The notes beneath the pieces were generated by a model. The model was given only the letters and a program-made list of their open reading frames with translations, was not told the origin of the DNA and ran no database searches. This document shows, in pieces, positions 63,101 through 64,000 of a stretch of DNA of 64,000 bases; the first letter of the stretch is position 1; each line of letters starts with the position of its first letter. This DNA is from Azolla caroliniana (Eukaryota > Plantae > Polypodiophyta): the NCBI GenBank assembly GCA_043228905.1, contig JBHGNT010000001.1:31744001-31808000 (forward strand). Direction: 5' to 3'. The translations under genes were made by a program, and so were the position numbers.

Positions 63101-63115
63101 TTTACGGATTCTCAT
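56173..63115 (-). CDS. Uncharacterised putative nuclear protein: At5g24500-like N-terminal region + HARE-HTH-like + WRC (tentative model, ~818 aa)
   Basis: One all-GT-AG, frame-consistent path: 63115-61712, 58608-58541, 58442(or 58463)-58405, 57119-56173 (2457 nt). Further micro-exon candidates lie at 57300-57850. Joining the two large exons is inferred. Confidence 0.55.
61335..61700. repeat. Tandem duplication of a ~182-bp unit at the start of intron 1
   Basis: aaatttggaattcattgcctctg...gtgacaa..acat.ctct..tagaa.caaacctttg...ttttcatctca...atagttcaaacagaaatct.actacttcaa.agttga occurs twice. Confidence 0.85.
61712..63115 (-). CDS. Large first exon (468 codons) of an uncharacterised plant protein, At5g24500-like family
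   Basis: Conserved blocks recalled from this plant-specific family: NWLNKLRTAKGFP...LGIERFL, FYSTMFAELF, RKQENPK, EIFVIDTSLGGWKVEKLLTRNGNSWKIKDKR. Also an (EK)n tract and an NLS-like KKKKRK. Strong donor CAG|GTATG at 61712/61711. Confidence 0.8.
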
Positions 63116-63150
63116 AGTGGCGAATAATATAAGATAAGGCAGTGCCTCAG

Positions 63151-63170
63151 AAACCCTAACCCTAACCCTA
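63151..63170. promoter_or_regulatory. Telo-box-like AAACCCTA motif / short (CCCTAA)3 tract upstream of the ATG
   Basis: aaaccctaaccctaacccta lies 36 nt upstream of the start at 63115. A single aaaccctaa also sits just upstream of the CYP38 ATG (about 23350). Confidence 0.4.
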
Positions 63171-63348
63171 ATTCTTGACGAAGGAGGTGCAGAGCAAACT
63201 CCATAAAAGCTTGTTCAAAGCATGGATAGTATCGATGGATGTGAAGGAGAAGGAGAAGGAGAAGGAGGGGGAAGGGGAGAAGGAAAGAAGGAAAGAAGGA
63301 GAACAGAGGATATGTGGGTGATATACAGAAGCTGCAGGAAAATCAAGC

Positions 63349-63390
<42 letters not shown>

Positions 63391-64000
63391 TTATATACAT
63401 GTATGTGTATGTATGTATGGTGGGCAGAGAGAGAGAGAGAGGACTCGGGAGGAGTTATTTATTGAGTAAAAAGAGTGTATGTAGTAGGAAGAGATGGATG
63501 GAACAACAATACAGTAACCCACATACATACATGCATGCATTCATACATACACGGAAGAGACGGATGGAGCAACAATACAACCCACATACATGCATGCATG
63601 CATGCATACGCATATATATACGCTCGTGTCGATATATATACATGCATGTATGAACGTAAACACGTATATACATACATACATACATACAGAATATGTTCCT
63701 ATGTTCCTATGTTCCTCCTCCTCTGGGTTGTGTGTGTGTGTGTGCCTTTGCTTTAGCTGGCCATCCACCATTGATCGACTCATGAACCACTCACGTTTGT
63801 CTTCACTGTATCCGCTTCTCTGCTTCCGGTCCATCTTTGATTCCTACGTCCCATGTGTCCTGTGTCCTTTGCTTCGTGTGTTTTTTTTTTCCTATCACAG
63901 TAGCTTATGTTTGTGCGTGCATCCACAATCGACTTTTTTGCGATCGTGGCTCATATGTCCCTACATGTACGTGTTCCTCGTCTTTGACACGGTACCTATG

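Noticed and set aside
63151-63170. Interstitial telomere or chromosome-fusion scar
   Set aside because: Only about 3 units; better explained as a common telo-box/5' UTR motif.
63222-63834. Several ORFs and RY-like CATGCATG motifs
   Set aside because: Explained by (ATGC)n/(ATAC)n/(GA)n microsatellites and a ~60-bp duplication.

Overview
AT-rich, intron-containing land-plant nuclear DNA. The protein styles, PLS-PPR debris, abundant (GA)n/(GAA)n microsatellites and decayed LINEs suggest a fern or other non-seed vascular plant, but this is inference. Seven spliced protein-coding genes were reconstructed by hand with frame-consistent splice sites: (1-2) two paralogous family-1 UDP-glycosyltransferases in inverted orientation, 1013-3077(-) and 14923-17067(+); (3) between them, an 18-exon LEUNIG-type co-repressor, 4807-11611(-), carrying an extreme Q159-H5-Q20 tract; (4) thylakoid cyclophilin CYP38, 18918-23343(-); (5) an LHT8-like amino-acid transporter, 28567-31812(-); (6) a 14-exon class-A (ARF6/8-like) auxin response factor, 35364-43481(-); (7) an uncharacterised gene, 56173-63115(-), that appears to splice an At5g24500-like plant domain to a HARE-HTH-like winged helix and a WRC zinc finger. 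Intergenic and intronic DNA holds LINE, gypsy, hAT-like and PPR remnants, several local tandem duplications and microsatellites. No RNA genes or CRISPR arrays were supported. All exon models are manual predictions without transcript data.
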